Positions 37,876 through 47,973 are shown, numbered from the stretch's first letter. The stretch is DNA of 50,407 nucleotides from Candidatus Dadabacteria bacterium (GCA_020054175.1 JAGVLR010000186.1:1-50407), one strand, 5' to 3'. The notes: generated by a model not told the origin, from the letters alone. Numbers and translations: made by a program.

Positions 37876-38836
37876 GAATCCCCTCCTGCTGGTTATTGGT
37901 TTCTATTACGTTCAAACACGCGAAATCTTTGTGATGTTTCTTTTTAAATCCCGGCCCCGGGCCTTTTCTTTCAGAGGAAGAAGGCTGTTTGGGCAGTTGT
38001 GAAGTGCTCGTTTCGGAGCCGGGTTTTTCGGCACTAAGAATTTGTTCCAACGTCAGCTTTTTCACTCTGTAGCAGTATTTGAATTTGGCATATGGAATGC
38101 CGTGCATTCTTGCGAATTCGGCCATAGACATTCCTTTCTGACCATATGGAACACGTACGATATTTCGAGAGTTGTTATTTTGTTCTTTCCGCGTAGCCCA
38201 CTTACAGTTACCCGGTTCGTAGTTGCCATCATTATCAACCCGTTCAAGGGTTAATCCGTCCGGCCTTTCCCCCATATCGGCAAGAAAGTTCTCGAAAGAC
38301 TCCAACCACCGGTCGCAGACCGAAATTCCCCGGCCGCCGTAGTCTTTGAATCTTCGATCTTTTGGATTTGCGCAACGCGCCTTCATATTGCGCCATGTCG
38401 TATATGTGCCCGTAATGACATTGCCGCTTGCATGTCCATGCTTTGGCACATTGCGCTGTATGCGTAGTTCTCTATGAAGACATCCGCAGGATTTAGTGTC
38501 CCCACCTTTCAAGTTGCCACTATCAATAATTTTTTTATTTCCGCAATCACATTGACAAAGATATTGTTTGCGAGTCGCCCCACATGCGAACTTCCGGGAC
38601 TCGGATTCTTCCAGAACGACCAAGCGCCCAAAGCGCCCTCCTATGGCAAGCTTGCGGGCGGGTCTCAGGCACCCGCAGGAGCGAATTTTGCCGCTGCGAA
38701 GGTGGATTAGGCGAATAACCTTTTCTGTTCCGCAATCACACCGACAAATCATTCGGCGCTGGCGTGTTCCGGATGGACAAAGAGCTGCCAGCCCCTCCCC
38801 TATCACAGTTAATCTTCCGAATTTTTGCCCTATCAT
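37853..38836 (-). CDS. HNH-like phage endonuclease with a duplicated N-terminal Zn module
   Basis: GQKFGRLTV..CRCDCG..SCGC twice; YGGRGISVCDRW, ERVDNDGNYEPGNCKWAT. Confidence 0.8.
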   Translation of the reverse strand: MIGQKFGRLTVIGEGLAALCPSGTRQRRMICRCDCGTEKVIRLIHLRSGKIRSCGCLRPARKLAIGGRFGRLVVLEESESRKFACGATRKQYLCQCDCGNKKIIDSGNLKGGDTKSCGCLHRELRIQRNVPKHGHASGNVITGTYTTWRNMKARCANPKDRRFKDYGGRGISVCDRWLESFENFLADMGERPDGLTLERVDNDGNYEPGNCKWATRKEQNNNSRNIVRVPYGQKGMSMAEFARMHGIPYAKFKYCYRVKKLTLEQILSAEKPGSETSTSQLPKQPSSSERKGPGPGFKKKHHKDFACLNVIETNNQQEGIHGTGNSN

Positions 38837-39087
38837 ATGGCGCCCTCGCCTCTCTTCGCCCTGCTGTATGCGTACTGGTTCCCACCCTCGCGGATTTCGA
38901 GCCTCCAGTTATAGCCGCTGGCGAGCTCTGCGTCCTCTACGTCCACAAGCGCGAAGAAGCCCTTCTGTACCGGGATAATCGCGACAGGCCCGCAGATAAC
39001 AGGGGGAGGGGTCTCAAAGGAGGTAATGGTACGTAATATGCCGCCCCCTCCCCCGTTCCGTCTGGTTGGTACTCTGATACTTTTCAT
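38833..39087 (-). pseudogene. N-terminal fragment of an HNH-AP2 type endonuclease
   Basis: IPVQKGFFALVDVEDAELASGYNW..YA motif, truncated where the next HNH gene begins. Confidence 0.5.
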
Positions 39088-39247
39088 TTCTCTTCGTTAT
39101 CCTCGTTGATGATCGATACGTACTCGTGTCCGGGGATTCTCAACACCGTATTGAGCTCGCCTCTTTCGAATGAGCGTCCCAGGTGCCAACTGATGTACAG
39201 GAACCCGAAGGCTAAAATCAGATACGACACTATGCTTAGTGCTCTTG

Positions 39248-39637
39248 TCATTTACTTCCTCCGTTCGCCTGTATTACGTACCCCTCGAAATCCTTTGCCG
39301 TCAGTTTCCGATTTTGAACTGGCACCCCTCCGGGTGTCTTGAACACGTACCCCTTGGGGAACAGGTTCTGGATGTAGAGCTGGTAGCACCAGAGAGGCCG
39401 TCCCTCGTCCTTCATCCTCGCTGGATGGTTGGGGAGATGGTTCAGCTTTGAGACAGAGCGCTTTATCTTGAGCGCGAAATTCTTCACGGTGTAGAAGTCG
39501 TACTGCTGCCCGTAGAGCATGACGCTGAACTCGGGCTGCGGATCCCCATGCACGGTGCAATGCTCTTGCTGGGCGATGTACGCCGACTCGGGACCGTTTG
39601 GGGCTAATGGGCGGCAGATGCAAGCGGGTTCAGCCAT
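39248..39637 (-). CDS. Hypothetical protein
   Basis: 129-aa ORF after GGAGG. Confidence 0.5.
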   Translation of the reverse strand: MAEPACICRPLAPNGPESAYIAQQEHCTVHGDPQPEFSVMLYGQQYDFYTVKNFALKIKRSVSKLNHLPNHPARMKDEGRPLWCYQLYIQNLFPKGYVFKTPGGVPVQNRKLTAKDFEGYVIQANGGSK

Positions 39638-39732
39638 GTGAAACCTCCGTCGTTAATTTATTAATGCACTGCCTCCGGTTATATTGTGGATTGTCCCCCC
39701 AGACAAAACCAACCTTCAGGAGGCAGTTAGAA

Positions 39733-39930
39733 ATGAATGAGAACGAGAAAATTGGACTTATGAATGCGGCAGCGACAGTCTTCGCGGCGGTGCGGAATCC
39801 TAAAGATATGGACTCGGCATCCTCAAAGAACTTGTCAGCTAACGATAAGGAACTATTTGTGAATATTCTCACTTTCATGGTTAGCACCTTTAAAAACAAC
39901 TCCGACCGCAAGATTGCCGGCGTTTGGTGA
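39733..39930 (+). CDS. Small antisense-oriented hypothetical protein
   Basis: ATG at 39733 preceded by AGGAGG; fills a gap in the minus-strand operon. Confidence 0.45.
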   Translation: MNENEKIGLMNAAATVFAAVRNPKDMDSASSKNLSANDKELFVNILTFMVSTFKNNSDRKIAGVW

Positions 39931-40118
39931 TTAATTTTTTCTACGGCCATTCGCGCAACCGCACAGCGTGAGATACGTTTGTCATGGCGATCGTGTTTAT
40001 GACCGCTATGCGTTGACCTTCGTCCGGCACATTCTCATAAATCTCCTGAGCTAGCCGCCCGGCGAGGTCTGTCAATTCCTTCGGCGATAACTTCTTTACC
40101 TCTGGATTTTGGTTCTCT

Positions 40119-40433
40119 TTAGCCATTTCCTGCCTCCTCCGACTTAGCCTTCTCGGCCTCGACCTTCGCCTTGATCGCCTGTATGCGCTCGTGATTGTAA
40201 TTGTCCTTCTTAATGAGCTGCTGAATCAGGGGTATCGCGTACCCGTCCCGGATGAGCTCCGTGATTATTGGCTCGTTAAACGTGTCGCCCGAGATTTGAG
40301 CCCGATAGGTGGCGTTTGACCACCTATGCCCCTCTTTTACCTTGAGGCGAAAATAAAGGGCAGGGGTCGTCTGCTCTTTGTGCATTGCCTGAGTTAAATC
40401 GCTGGTTACTCTCGAGTCTTCTAACGACTGCAT
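40119..40433 (-). CDS. First gene of the leftward early operon, hypothetical
   Basis: 104-aa ORF divergent from the repressor. Confidence 0.5.
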   Translation of the reverse strand: MQSLEDSRVTSDLTQAMHKEQTTPALYFRLKVKEGHRWSNATYRAQISGDTFNEPIITELIRDGYAIPLIQQLIKKDNYNHERIQAIKAKVEAEKAKSEEAGNG

Positions 40434-40511
40434 AAATCACCTGTAACCCTTGTAATTTGCGCCACAATGAATAATATTTGTTTTGTGTATGTCATAACGT
40501 TATTAATAGGA

Positions 40512-40559
40512 TATTCTAATTAGAATAATATGTCAAGGGATTTTATTCGTACTCGAATA
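40512..40559. promoter_or_regulatory. Two putative repressor operators, TATTC-N6-GAATA
   Basis: TATTCTAATTAGAATA (40512-40527) and TATTCGTACTCGAATA (40544-40559) in the AT-rich divergent intergenic region. Confidence 0.65.
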
Positions 40560-40570
40560 AATTTATTTCA

Positions 40571-41245
40571 ATGGAACAGATACGCAACAATCTAGGGCAA
40601 ATTATAGAGGAAATAATGGGGGATAGGAATCAAACCGACTTCGGAAAAGTAGTAGGGGCTACCCAAAGTCAGATATCGAAATACATAAAGGGTTCAGAAT
40701 TTCCGAGTCTATCTATTCTAATGAGAATAGCCAGAGAGGGGAAAATGTCGGCCGAGGAGTTGTGGGAGCGGGCAACGGGTGAGATATTCGAGGGAGATTT
40801 ACCCATGATGGACATTAATCCTGTTGTTACCGATGTCGATGAAGACAATCTTAAAATTACCGCCTATGAAGTTGCTGGTGCGGGGCCCGAAAGGGAAGAG
40901 GCGGGCTACGAACCCGTAGGGTCTATAATTATCCCGAAGAAACTTTACAAGCCCAATCTAATTGTTTTTAAAGTTGATGGGGACTCCATGGAGAAGTGGA
41001 TCATGGACAAGACCTATGTCCTCGTGGACCCGACCCCGCAGAACAAATTATGCGACAAAGGCATTTACTGCTTTAAGATTCCCTACTCGGGATACATTAT
41101 CCGCCTGGTACATACCGAACCGGACGCCCTTTTTCTCGAACCTGTCAACAAGCAATATAGAACACGTAAAATAGCCTGGGGTGCCTTCAACCCGGATTGG
41201 GTCTTGGGCCGGGTTGTCGGAAATTTGATAAATACTTACGTTTAA
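40571..41245 (+). CDS. CI-like repressor (XRE HTH plus S24 peptidase-like domain)
   Basis: NQTDFGKVVGATQSQISKYIKG HTH; VAGAG; VDGDSM; WVLGRVV. Confidence 0.88.
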   Translation: MEQIRNNLGQIIEEIMGDRNQTDFGKVVGATQSQISKYIKGSEFPSLSILMRIAREGKMSAEELWERATGEIFEGDLPMMDINPVVTDVDEDNLKITAYEVAGAGPEREEAGYEPVGSIIIPKKLYKPNLIVFKVDGDSMEKWIMDKTYVLVDPTPQNKLCDKGIYCFKIPYSGYIIRLVHTEPDALFLEPVNKQYRTRKIAWGAFNPDWVLGRVVGNLINTYV

Positions 41246-41264
41246 TTTAAAGGAGGATTTAATC

Positions 41265-42011
41265 ATGAGGGGATATTTGTTTATTTCAGTATTGATTGTT
41301 TTTTTATTAATGATTTGCATTCCCACTATTGCTAAAGAAATCAATGTCACCATCGCCGCTAAGGCGGAACGAACAGGAGCCGGGGGCCTTCGCGTTGTCG
41401 GTGAAACTACCCTACCGAACAAGGCGAGCCTGATGATCACGGTGAGGAATACTCAGAATGGGTACTCTGCACAAACAAAAACGACCGTCGATGACGGACA
41501 TTTCACCGCGGGGGAATTTACCGATCGGGGCAATCCTATTCCGAATGGCATGTATGAAATCGAAATCGTTACTCCGATGCTGGGATTGCAGTCTGATGAG
41601 ATTAGAGAAGCTTTTGGGGAAAATGGGCAGAACCTAAGCGGAGATATAGTCGTTGAAAAATACGGCCAGAAAACAGTCAGATATAAAATAACACAGGAAA
41701 TCACCGGAGGGCCTGCCAGCGCACAGAAGGATGAGTCCGAGCAGACAGATCAAGAGAAACGATTGTCGCTTATCAATCAGATGATTGCGGATGGTATTCT
41801 CATAAAGGTGGAGAAGCCCGCCGACCTTCCCCGCGCTTTTGTTGGAAGAGGCTTCTATGCCCTCACCTTCGACGACAAACAAGCTATTGTGAGTATAGTG
41901 CTGGCGTATTTTCTGGAGCAAGACCCGCAAGCGAATATCCTCATTCTTCGAGATGGGTATACGAATAAAGAGATAGGCACCTTCGGCAAATACGGCTTAC
42001 AGCTCGACTGA
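41265..42011 (+). CDS. Exported hypothetical protein (lysogeny cassette)
   Basis: Signal peptide, AAGGAGG RBS, GETTLPN motif. Confidence 0.65.
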   Translation: MRGYLFISVLIVFLLMICIPTIAKEINVTIAAKAERTGAGGLRVVGETTLPNKASLMITVRNTQNGYSAQTKTTVDDGHFTAGEFTDRGNPIPNGMYEIEIVTPMLGLQSDEIREAFGENGQNLSGDIVVEKYGQKTVRYKITQEITGGPASAQKDESEQTDQEKRLSLINQMIADGILIKVEKPADLPRAFVGRGFYALTFDDKQAIVSIVLAYFLEQDPQANILILRDGYTNKEIGTFGKYGLQLD

Positions 42012-42016
42012 GTTTC

Positions 42017-42414
42017 ATGAAAAGCTTAGCCCTCCTCCTGTTCATCATAAGCTCCCCCGCCTTGGCCCAGGAAGGCCCTTGCGCAGTCTCCCGCGTCGTC
42101 GACGGCGATACTTTCATCTGCAATGCGGCCGGCAAGGACCATCGTGTCAGGCTCATTGGAAGGACACGCCCGAGCTTCCTACGCCGGAAGGCATCGAGGC
42201 GAAAGAGTATGTCGAGAGCATTATCTCGGCCGGGACCGTAGTCAGACTCGAGCTCGATGTCCAGACGTACGACCGCTATCAACGGGTTTTGGCTTATGTC
42301 TACTTGCCAGGCGGGGAGATGTTAAATGAGATTCTACTCCGCGAAGGATATGCGGCGCTTATGACTGTGCCGCCGAATGTGAAGCATGTGGAGAACTTCC
42401 GTTCCCTTGAATGA
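42017..42414 (+). pseudogene. Thermonuclease (SNase family), frameshifted near 42161
   Basis: VSRVVDGDT..VRLIG in one frame; DTPE..DRYQRVLAYVY..LNEILLREGYA in another. Confidence 0.85.
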
Positions 42415-42705
42415 ATCCTCAACCTCACCTACGACCGCCGCGAGGGGGAGGATTTGCTGTGAAGGATTGCAGAAGTAGTGAGGGCTAAACTTCCGGGTGG
42501 GCTCCGGGAATGCTCTGCTTTACCCGCATTGCAGCAGCCCTTTCATCCGCTGCCTTGAGGCTGCGCTTGACGAAGATGCCGTTCCAGAAGGAGAGGTATT
42601 CGACTTTGCCAGAAAGATACTCTACCTGCTTTTTTAGGTCCTCGATGTCTTTTTTGAGGGCTACGATTTCACTCATAATATAAATTTTACCAAAGGGGGA
42701 TATTT

Positions 42706-43152
42706 ATGTCTACAGGCGATTGGAAGGAAAAGCTAAAGGCTTCGCTTATTATGATAGATGCCGCACACAATAAAGCCGTCGAGGCCTCGGACCAGATGAG
42801 AGCGGAGGCAGTCAATTTCCTAAAAAAAATCGTTGTGCCGGCCTATGAAGAACTGGAGCCTGTCTTTTGGGAAGCCGGGCGAAAGACCGAAATAATCAAA
42901 GCCTTCGACGAAACAGAGGTCGCGATTCTACAGATTTACCGGGACGGCGAGATTGAGCTTACTTATGCGGCAACAGTGCTCTACAACGATATTCAGCTTC
43001 TGGGCCGGTTTTACGTAATCGACCCGGTTTCCGGGCTGGAACACAAAATAGCCCTTGACACCGAAGCTGGATACTTTATTTACGCAATCACGAAAGATAT
43101 GATTATAAAGAGCGTCATAGACCAGTATACGACTCATGCGAAACGGCTTTAA
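42706..43152 (+). CDS. Hypothetical protein
   Basis: 148-aa ORF with AGGGGG RBS. Confidence 0.55.
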   Translation: MSTGDWKEKLKASLIMIDAAHNKAVEASDQMRAEAVNFLKKIVVPAYEELEPVFWEAGRKTEIIKAFDETEVAILQIYRDGEIELTYAATVLYNDIQLLGRFYVIDPVSGLEHKIALDTEAGYFIYAITKDMIIKSVIDQYTTHAKRL

Positions 43153-43167
43153 GAGGAGGGATATTCA

Positions 43168-43680
43168 ATGAAATTCGGAGACAATAAGCCTATTTCAATC
43201 GTGCCGGACCCGGCCTTGCAAGATTCGAGGCCGAGAATTAACCACCTGACGGGTCTCGGGTTCAAAGAAGGCCTTCCTATTGTAATTGAACGCGAAGGCG
43301 GCAAGTTAATCTTCGAGGGCGAATTCCTGATGGAAGTCCCGGATACTTCCAACCCTATGGCAATCCCGAAGAAAGAGAAAGTAATCGAGAAGAAAGAGAT
43401 TAATCTGAAGGATATTCAGTCGATTGACATCACCGATGAATCAGGACGGAGTCTCGGGAAAACCGCGCTTTGGGGTGTAGTCGGCGGACTCGCTCTCGGG
43501 CCTTTGGGTTTGATTGGCGGGGCTATGCTTGGAGGCCGAAAGCGCTGGAAGAGCTTTTTAATCTTTCAGGTTAAGCCTGAGAACGGCGTACCGTATCCAA
43601 TTATTTTCGGCGGCGCGAACCAGAAAGAGATTCGCCAATATTATGATAACCTGCTAAACACACTCAACCAGCCATCATGA
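43168..43680 (+). CDS. Membrane protein with a Gly-zipper segment
   Basis: SLGKTALWGVVGGLALGPLGLIGGAMLGG; GGAGG RBS. Confidence 0.6.
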   Translation: MKFGDNKPISIVPDPALQDSRPRINHLTGLGFKEGLPIVIEREGGKLIFEGEFLMEVPDTSNPMAIPKKEKVIEKKEINLKDIQSIDITDESGRSLGKTALWGVVGGLALGPLGLIGGAMLGGRKRWKSFLIFQVKPENGVPYPIIFGGANQKEIRQYYDNLLNTLNQPS

Positions 43681-43757
43681 AACATATCCTCCTGTTATTA
43701 CTACTCTTCTCCGCCCCCGCCTTCGCCCAGGAAGGGCCGTGCGTTCAATATGGTTGA
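43677..43757 (+). pseudogene. Truncated 5' end of a second thermonuclease-like gene
   Basis: MKHILLLLLLFSAPAFAQEGPC matches the start of 42017 (SSPALAQEGPC); about 30 nt nearly identical. Confidence 0.55.
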
Positions 43758-44428
43758 ATATTCTCATACGGGGGCAGATGAGACAGGGCCGCCAAGGCTT
43801 CCTGCGCGCTCTTTTTTCTCTTAACGTAAAGGGTTTGAAATTTCCGATACGGGACTTTGTGAATACGACAGAATTCCGCCATAGAGACCTTCCGGTTTCC
43901 AAGCGGAACGAGAGTATTTGTGCGCTGGTTGCTGTTTTGTTCGGGTAAGGTCGCCCACCTACAGTTCCCCGGCTCGTAGTTGCCATCGTTGTCGGGATAA
44001 CGATCAAGAGATTTCCCTCTCGGACGCTCGCCCATATCGGCAAGAAAGTTTTCAAAACCATGCTCGCCCTTCCAGCGCTCACAGACGGTTATGCCCCTCC
44101 CGCCGTAGCGCTTGTAGCCAATATGGTTGGGGTTAGAGCAACGGGCAATCATCCCTGCCCATATGTCGTATGTTGAAGTTCGCTTGTTACGCACACTATG
44201 TCCGTGCTTGTGGGATTGTCTAATAATATTCTCCCTTTTAAGACACTTGCATGAACGGGTATATCCGTTGGTCAAGCTTCCAGTGGATGCTATTATTTCA
44301 TTACCACAATCGCATCTACATAAATACTGGCGTATCGCCCTGCCGCTACAATCCCGGTACGAGTCTACCCGCTTAACAACAATCAGTCTCGCAAACCGCT
44401 TCCCGGTTAAATCAATCGCTCTGCCCAT
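43745..44428 (-). CDS. HNH-like phage endonuclease
   Basis: IDLTGKRFARL, CRCDCG, YGGRGITVCERW, DRYPDNDGNYEPGNCRWAT. Confidence 0.8.
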   Translation of the reverse strand: MGRAIDLTGKRFARLIVVKRVDSYRDCSGRAIRQYLCRCDCGNEIIASTGSLTNGYTRSCKCLKRENIIRQSHKHGHSVRNKRTSTYDIWAGMIARCSNPNHIGYKRYGGRGITVCERWKGEHGFENFLADMGERPRGKSLDRYPDNDGNYEPGNCRWATLPEQNSNQRTNTLVPLGNRKVSMAEFCRIHKVPYRKFQTLYVKRKKSAQEALAALSHLPPYENIQPY

Positions 44429-44572
44429 TTCGTGGATCACCTCCGGTATAGGCGTATTTTAATATGAGAAAAACGATTCCCCCGAGCAAGAGGAGAATGC
44501 CGATAATATCGTACGGACCCTGTACTAATTCGATTATAATAGCAAGTACAACGCCGTAAATTGCTACCTCCA

Positions 44573-45787
44573 CTAAGCCGCCTCCTTCTGTCCTAGTATG
44601 TCCGATACCCGCGCTTCCATGTCAGCCCGGAGAGGCTCAAGCTCAGGGTGCTGCTCGATATAGGGCCCGAGGGCCGAGGCGGGCGTAATCCCTTTCAGGA
44701 TACCCTCTGCCCGCACTACGCGCTTATTGTCCTTGTAGGCGTAATTCTTCTCGATCTTCACAGAGAAGGCCCTGTCGTACATCTTCCGCAACTCTGGCTC
44801 GTCGAGCGACTGGTCCGCCGTCTCGATGTTGAATCTCAGCCTGACTATAGCACCTTCTATTTCATCACCAGGTGGCTCAGGGGGCATACCGTCTGCGCCG
44901 AGGTCGACGGTGATGAACCTCCGCGCAGGGGTCTCGACATAGCGGTATCTGCATGTCCATCTATTCTCGCCTCTGAACAGCTCACCAAGGACGAATCCTT
45001 TTTTCTGCCCCTCTTCGGTGAAATCGACACGCTCGATGCTTCCGGCATAAACGACCGGGGGGTTAATTCCCCCGTGGAGGTCTTGTGGTCTGTGAATATG
45101 CCCGAGGGCGACGTAGGCGAAGCGGCTGTCCGCGAGGGCTGAGAGTGGAATCTGCGGCTCCGTATCCGCGAGCGAGGTGTATTCAGTTCCAGCTGCGACG
45201 CTCCCGGCGACAGCGAAGTGACCCATGAGGACCGTGGGTCCGGCTTCCAGGGTCGCATTCTCAGCCAACCCGCGCACTATAGCTGCCAGTCTTCGTTCTA
45301 TTTCAGCCCTCCGCGCCACAGGCGATAGGTCTTTAAATTCATCCCTCGCAATGAGCCTGGCCCCGCCGATCCAGGGAAGGCACGCTATCTGTGCTCCGCA
45401 GCGGTTTAACGTGACGGGAAGCCGGACGACCGTCAGCCGCGGGTGTTTCAAGGCGGGGATAACCTCAAGGGCCGAGACGCCGGAGCCGTCGAGGGTAAAG
45501 TCATGGTTCCCGGTGATGATTACGACTTCGATCCCGGCGCCGGTAAGGCGCTCCATGCGGAGGGCGAATTCTGTTTGCTCGGCCGGCGTTGGATTGCTTC
45601 TGTGGAATACATCCCCGGATATGAGCACGAGCCTCACGTCCTCCTCTATGGCCGTCTCGACGAGGAAATCGAGGGAGCGCATCACGTCTTCGAGCCGCGT
45701 GTTCAGCTTCGTTATCGGGTTCAACCGACCGTTCGCCGCGAAACCTACGTGAAGGTCGCTCGTATGTATGAATTTGATTTGCGTCAT
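44573..45787 (-). CDS. sbcD: SbcD/Mre11-family nuclease
   Basis: HTSDLH, SGDVF, GNHD, MGH, ALGHIH and YAGSIERVDFTEE metallophosphoesterase motifs. Confidence 0.93.
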   Translation of the reverse strand: MTQIKFIHTSDLHVGFAANGRLNPITKLNTRLEDVMRSLDFLVETAIEEDVRLVLISGDVFHRSNPTPAEQTEFALRMERLTGAGIEVVIITGNHDFTLDGSGVSALEVIPALKHPRLTVVRLPVTLNRCGAQIACLPWIGGARLIARDEFKDLSPVARRAEIERRLAAIVRGLAENATLEAGPTVLMGHFAVAGSVAAGTEYTSLADTEPQIPLSALADSRFAYVALGHIHRPQDLHGGINPPVVYAGSIERVDFTEEGQKKGFVLGELFRGENRWTCRYRYVETPARRFITVDLGADGMPPEPPGDEIEGAIVRLRFNIETADQSLDEPELRKMYDRAFSVKIEKNYAYKDNKRVVRAEGILKGITPASALGPYIEQHPELEPLRADMEARVSDILGQKEAA

Positions 45788-47973
45788 GAGTGTATCACCT
45801 CCAGTCTCGAGCCTGCCGCGTCTTTCGTGACCTCTATTCTAACAGGAAAGCGGCCCTTCAAGTCGTCGACGTGCGTAATCGCAATTATCTTATCGAAGTT
45901 ATCTTTCACTGAATTAATCACCTGAACGAAATAGTCAAGGCCGTCTTTATCTTGGGTTCCGAATCCCTCGTCTATCACAAGGGTCCTGAGCTGCGCCCCG
46001 GAGCGGTTCGCTATGAACTTCGAGATAGCTACGCGGAGGGCAAAGTCTATCCTGAACGCCTCTCCGCCGGAGAAGGTCTCGTAACTCCTGATGCCCGACA
46101 TATCTGCAATAATAATCTCCAGAGTCTCTTTCTCCCCGCCCTTCTGGGTCGGTTTCAGCATTTCGAGGGACAGGCTCATGGTCCCTTCTGTGAGCCTCGC
46201 AAGTATCTCGTTCGCCTCGGCCTCTATGTCGGGGACGACGTGCTCGATTATAAGCGCCTGTAAGCCGTTCTTTCCGTAGGCTCTGGCGAGCTCGACGTTC
46301 ACCCTCTGCGCTCTTACGAATTGTTCTTTCTCGATGTTGATTTGCTGGGCTCGTTCCGCAGATTTGATAATATCTTCGAGGAGGCGTTCAGCCTGCCGTG
46401 CCTTGTCCTCGGCCTCGGCGGCCTCCTTGCTCAACGTATCCTGCCCCGTCCGCGCTGCGTGGAGTTTCTGTTCCACTTCTTTAAGCTCTTTCGTAACGGC
46501 TTCGACCCCCGCGAGCTCTGCCGCGAGCAGGGTCCGCTTTCCGCGAATGTCGGTTGCTTGAGCCTCATATTCGGCGATAGATTTTTTATGATGCTCGGCG
46601 GTCACCTGCGCCCGGTCGAGTATAGCTTTCTCTTCCTGAGCTTTCGAGAGGGAGCGGTATTCGGCGTCGAGCCGTTCTTTCTCGGTTGAATCCCAGCCGA
46701 TTTCGCCGAGCGCATACAATTCGCCCGCGAGCTCGTCCCGGAGTTTCGCCATATCGGGGGAATCTTTCCGGGCAAGGTGCTCCTGGCACTCCTTCGTGAT
46801 CGCCTCCAGCCCCTGTGCTGTTTGCTCTAAAAGCATTTCGCGCCTCTCGGCATTAAGGGTTTGCTGACAGGTCGGGCAGACCGCGCCCTCTTCCGCGAGG
46901 AGGGAGTCGTAAAGCGCCTCCTGCTTCTTCTGCTTTTCCTGAAGGGTCTTGAGGTTGTGTTCATATTCAGCAGTCAAAGTGTCGAGCTTGCGCTGAATTT
47001 CCTTCACCCGGCTGTCGGAGACAACCCATGCCTTGTACTGTGCATCGAGGTTCTCCCTCTCGACTACAAGCTCGCCGCATCTCGTGAACCGTTTTACGAT
47101 CTCAGCCTCTTTCCCGAGGATGGTTTCGGCTGCCGACATAAAATCTCTCGCGGCCTCGGTCTTCTTTCCGAGCTCAGCCTCTTCGGCGGCCAGCCGGTCC
47201 GCCTGCGTCCTCATTGCCGAAAAGCTTTCGAGCTTCGCGGTGAGGGACATTTTCTCCTGAATCATCCCCTCGACATTCGCGGTGAGGGTTGCGAGGGAGT
47301 TTTTGGCTATCTCCGCCCGCTCACGATTCCCTATCATATCCCCCCGCGCCTCGTCCTCCGTCTCGTCGAAGGATGGGAGTTTCCCGAGCTCGGCGTCGAG
47401 GAATTGTATGCGGGTCGTAAGGGAGTTTGCCTCCTCGCGGGCCTTCTTGGAGATGTACTCGTAGTCTTCGAGCTCGAGGATCCCTGCGAGGACGTCCTTC
47501 CGCTCGGCAGGTGTGCGTTTCGTGAACTCGTCAGCCATACCCTGAAGGATGAACGAGGAGCAGATGAATGCGCTGTAGTCCATTTTCAGAATACGCTCGA
47601 TAGCTCCCTGTGTCTTGGCCCCGGTCTCCAGCGGCCTGTAAGAGTCCGCCTCACGGTCGTATATCTGGAGGTCCGCCGTCGATTGGGACCCGCTCCGCTT
47701 AAGCGTCGTCGTGCGGATAACTCTGTACTGCACCCCCTCCGATTCAAATTCGAACTCGACGCGGGCCTCGGAAGCGCCGCGCCTGACAACCTCATCCTTG
47801 TTCCGCACCCGGCACCGGCCCCATAGCGCCCAGCTTATCGCGTCGATGAGGGCTGTTTTGCCGTGGCCGTTCTTGCCGTTGAGGCAGGCGACACGGAAGG
47901 TTTTGAAGTCGAGTGTTGTCCCCTGGTCGCCGTAGCTGAGGAAGTTTTTAACCGTTAGGGATATGGGAATCAT
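45784..47973 (-). CDS. sbcC: SbcC/Rad50-family SMC ATPase
   Basis: Walker A GKNGHGKT, Q-loop ILQG, zinc hook CPTC, signature FSGGE, Walker B VIDEGFG, ITH. Confidence 0.93.
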   Translation of the reverse strand: MIPISLTVKNFLSYGDQGTTLDFKTFRVACLNGKNGHGKTALIDAISWALWGRCRVRNKDEVVRRGASEARVEFEFESEGVQYRVIRTTTLKRSGSQSTADLQIYDREADSYRPLETGAKTQGAIERILKMDYSAFICSSFILQGMADEFTKRTPAERKDVLAGILELEDYEYISKKAREEANSLTTRIQFLDAELGKLPSFDETEDEARGDMIGNRERAEIAKNSLATLTANVEGMIQEKMSLTAKLESFSAMRTQADRLAAEEAELGKKTEAARDFMSAAETILGKEAEIVKRFTRCGELVVERENLDAQYKAWVVSDSRVKEIQRKLDTLTAEYEHNLKTLQEKQKKQEALYDSLLAEEGAVCPTCQQTLNAERREMLLEQTAQGLEAITKECQEHLARKDSPDMAKLRDELAGELYALGEIGWDSTEKERLDAEYRSLSKAQEEKAILDRAQVTAEHHKKSIAEYEAQATDIRGKRTLLAAELAGVEAVTKELKEVEQKLHAARTGQDTLSKEAAEAEDKARQAERLLEDIIKSAERAQQINIEKEQFVRAQRVNVELARAYGKNGLQALIIEHVVPDIEAEANEILARLTEGTMSLSLEMLKPTQKGGEKETLEIIIADMSGIRSYETFSGGEAFRIDFALRVAISKFIANRSGAQLRTLVIDEGFGTQDKDGLDYFVQVINSVKDNFDKIIAITHVDDLKGRFPVRIEVTKDAAGSRLEVIHS

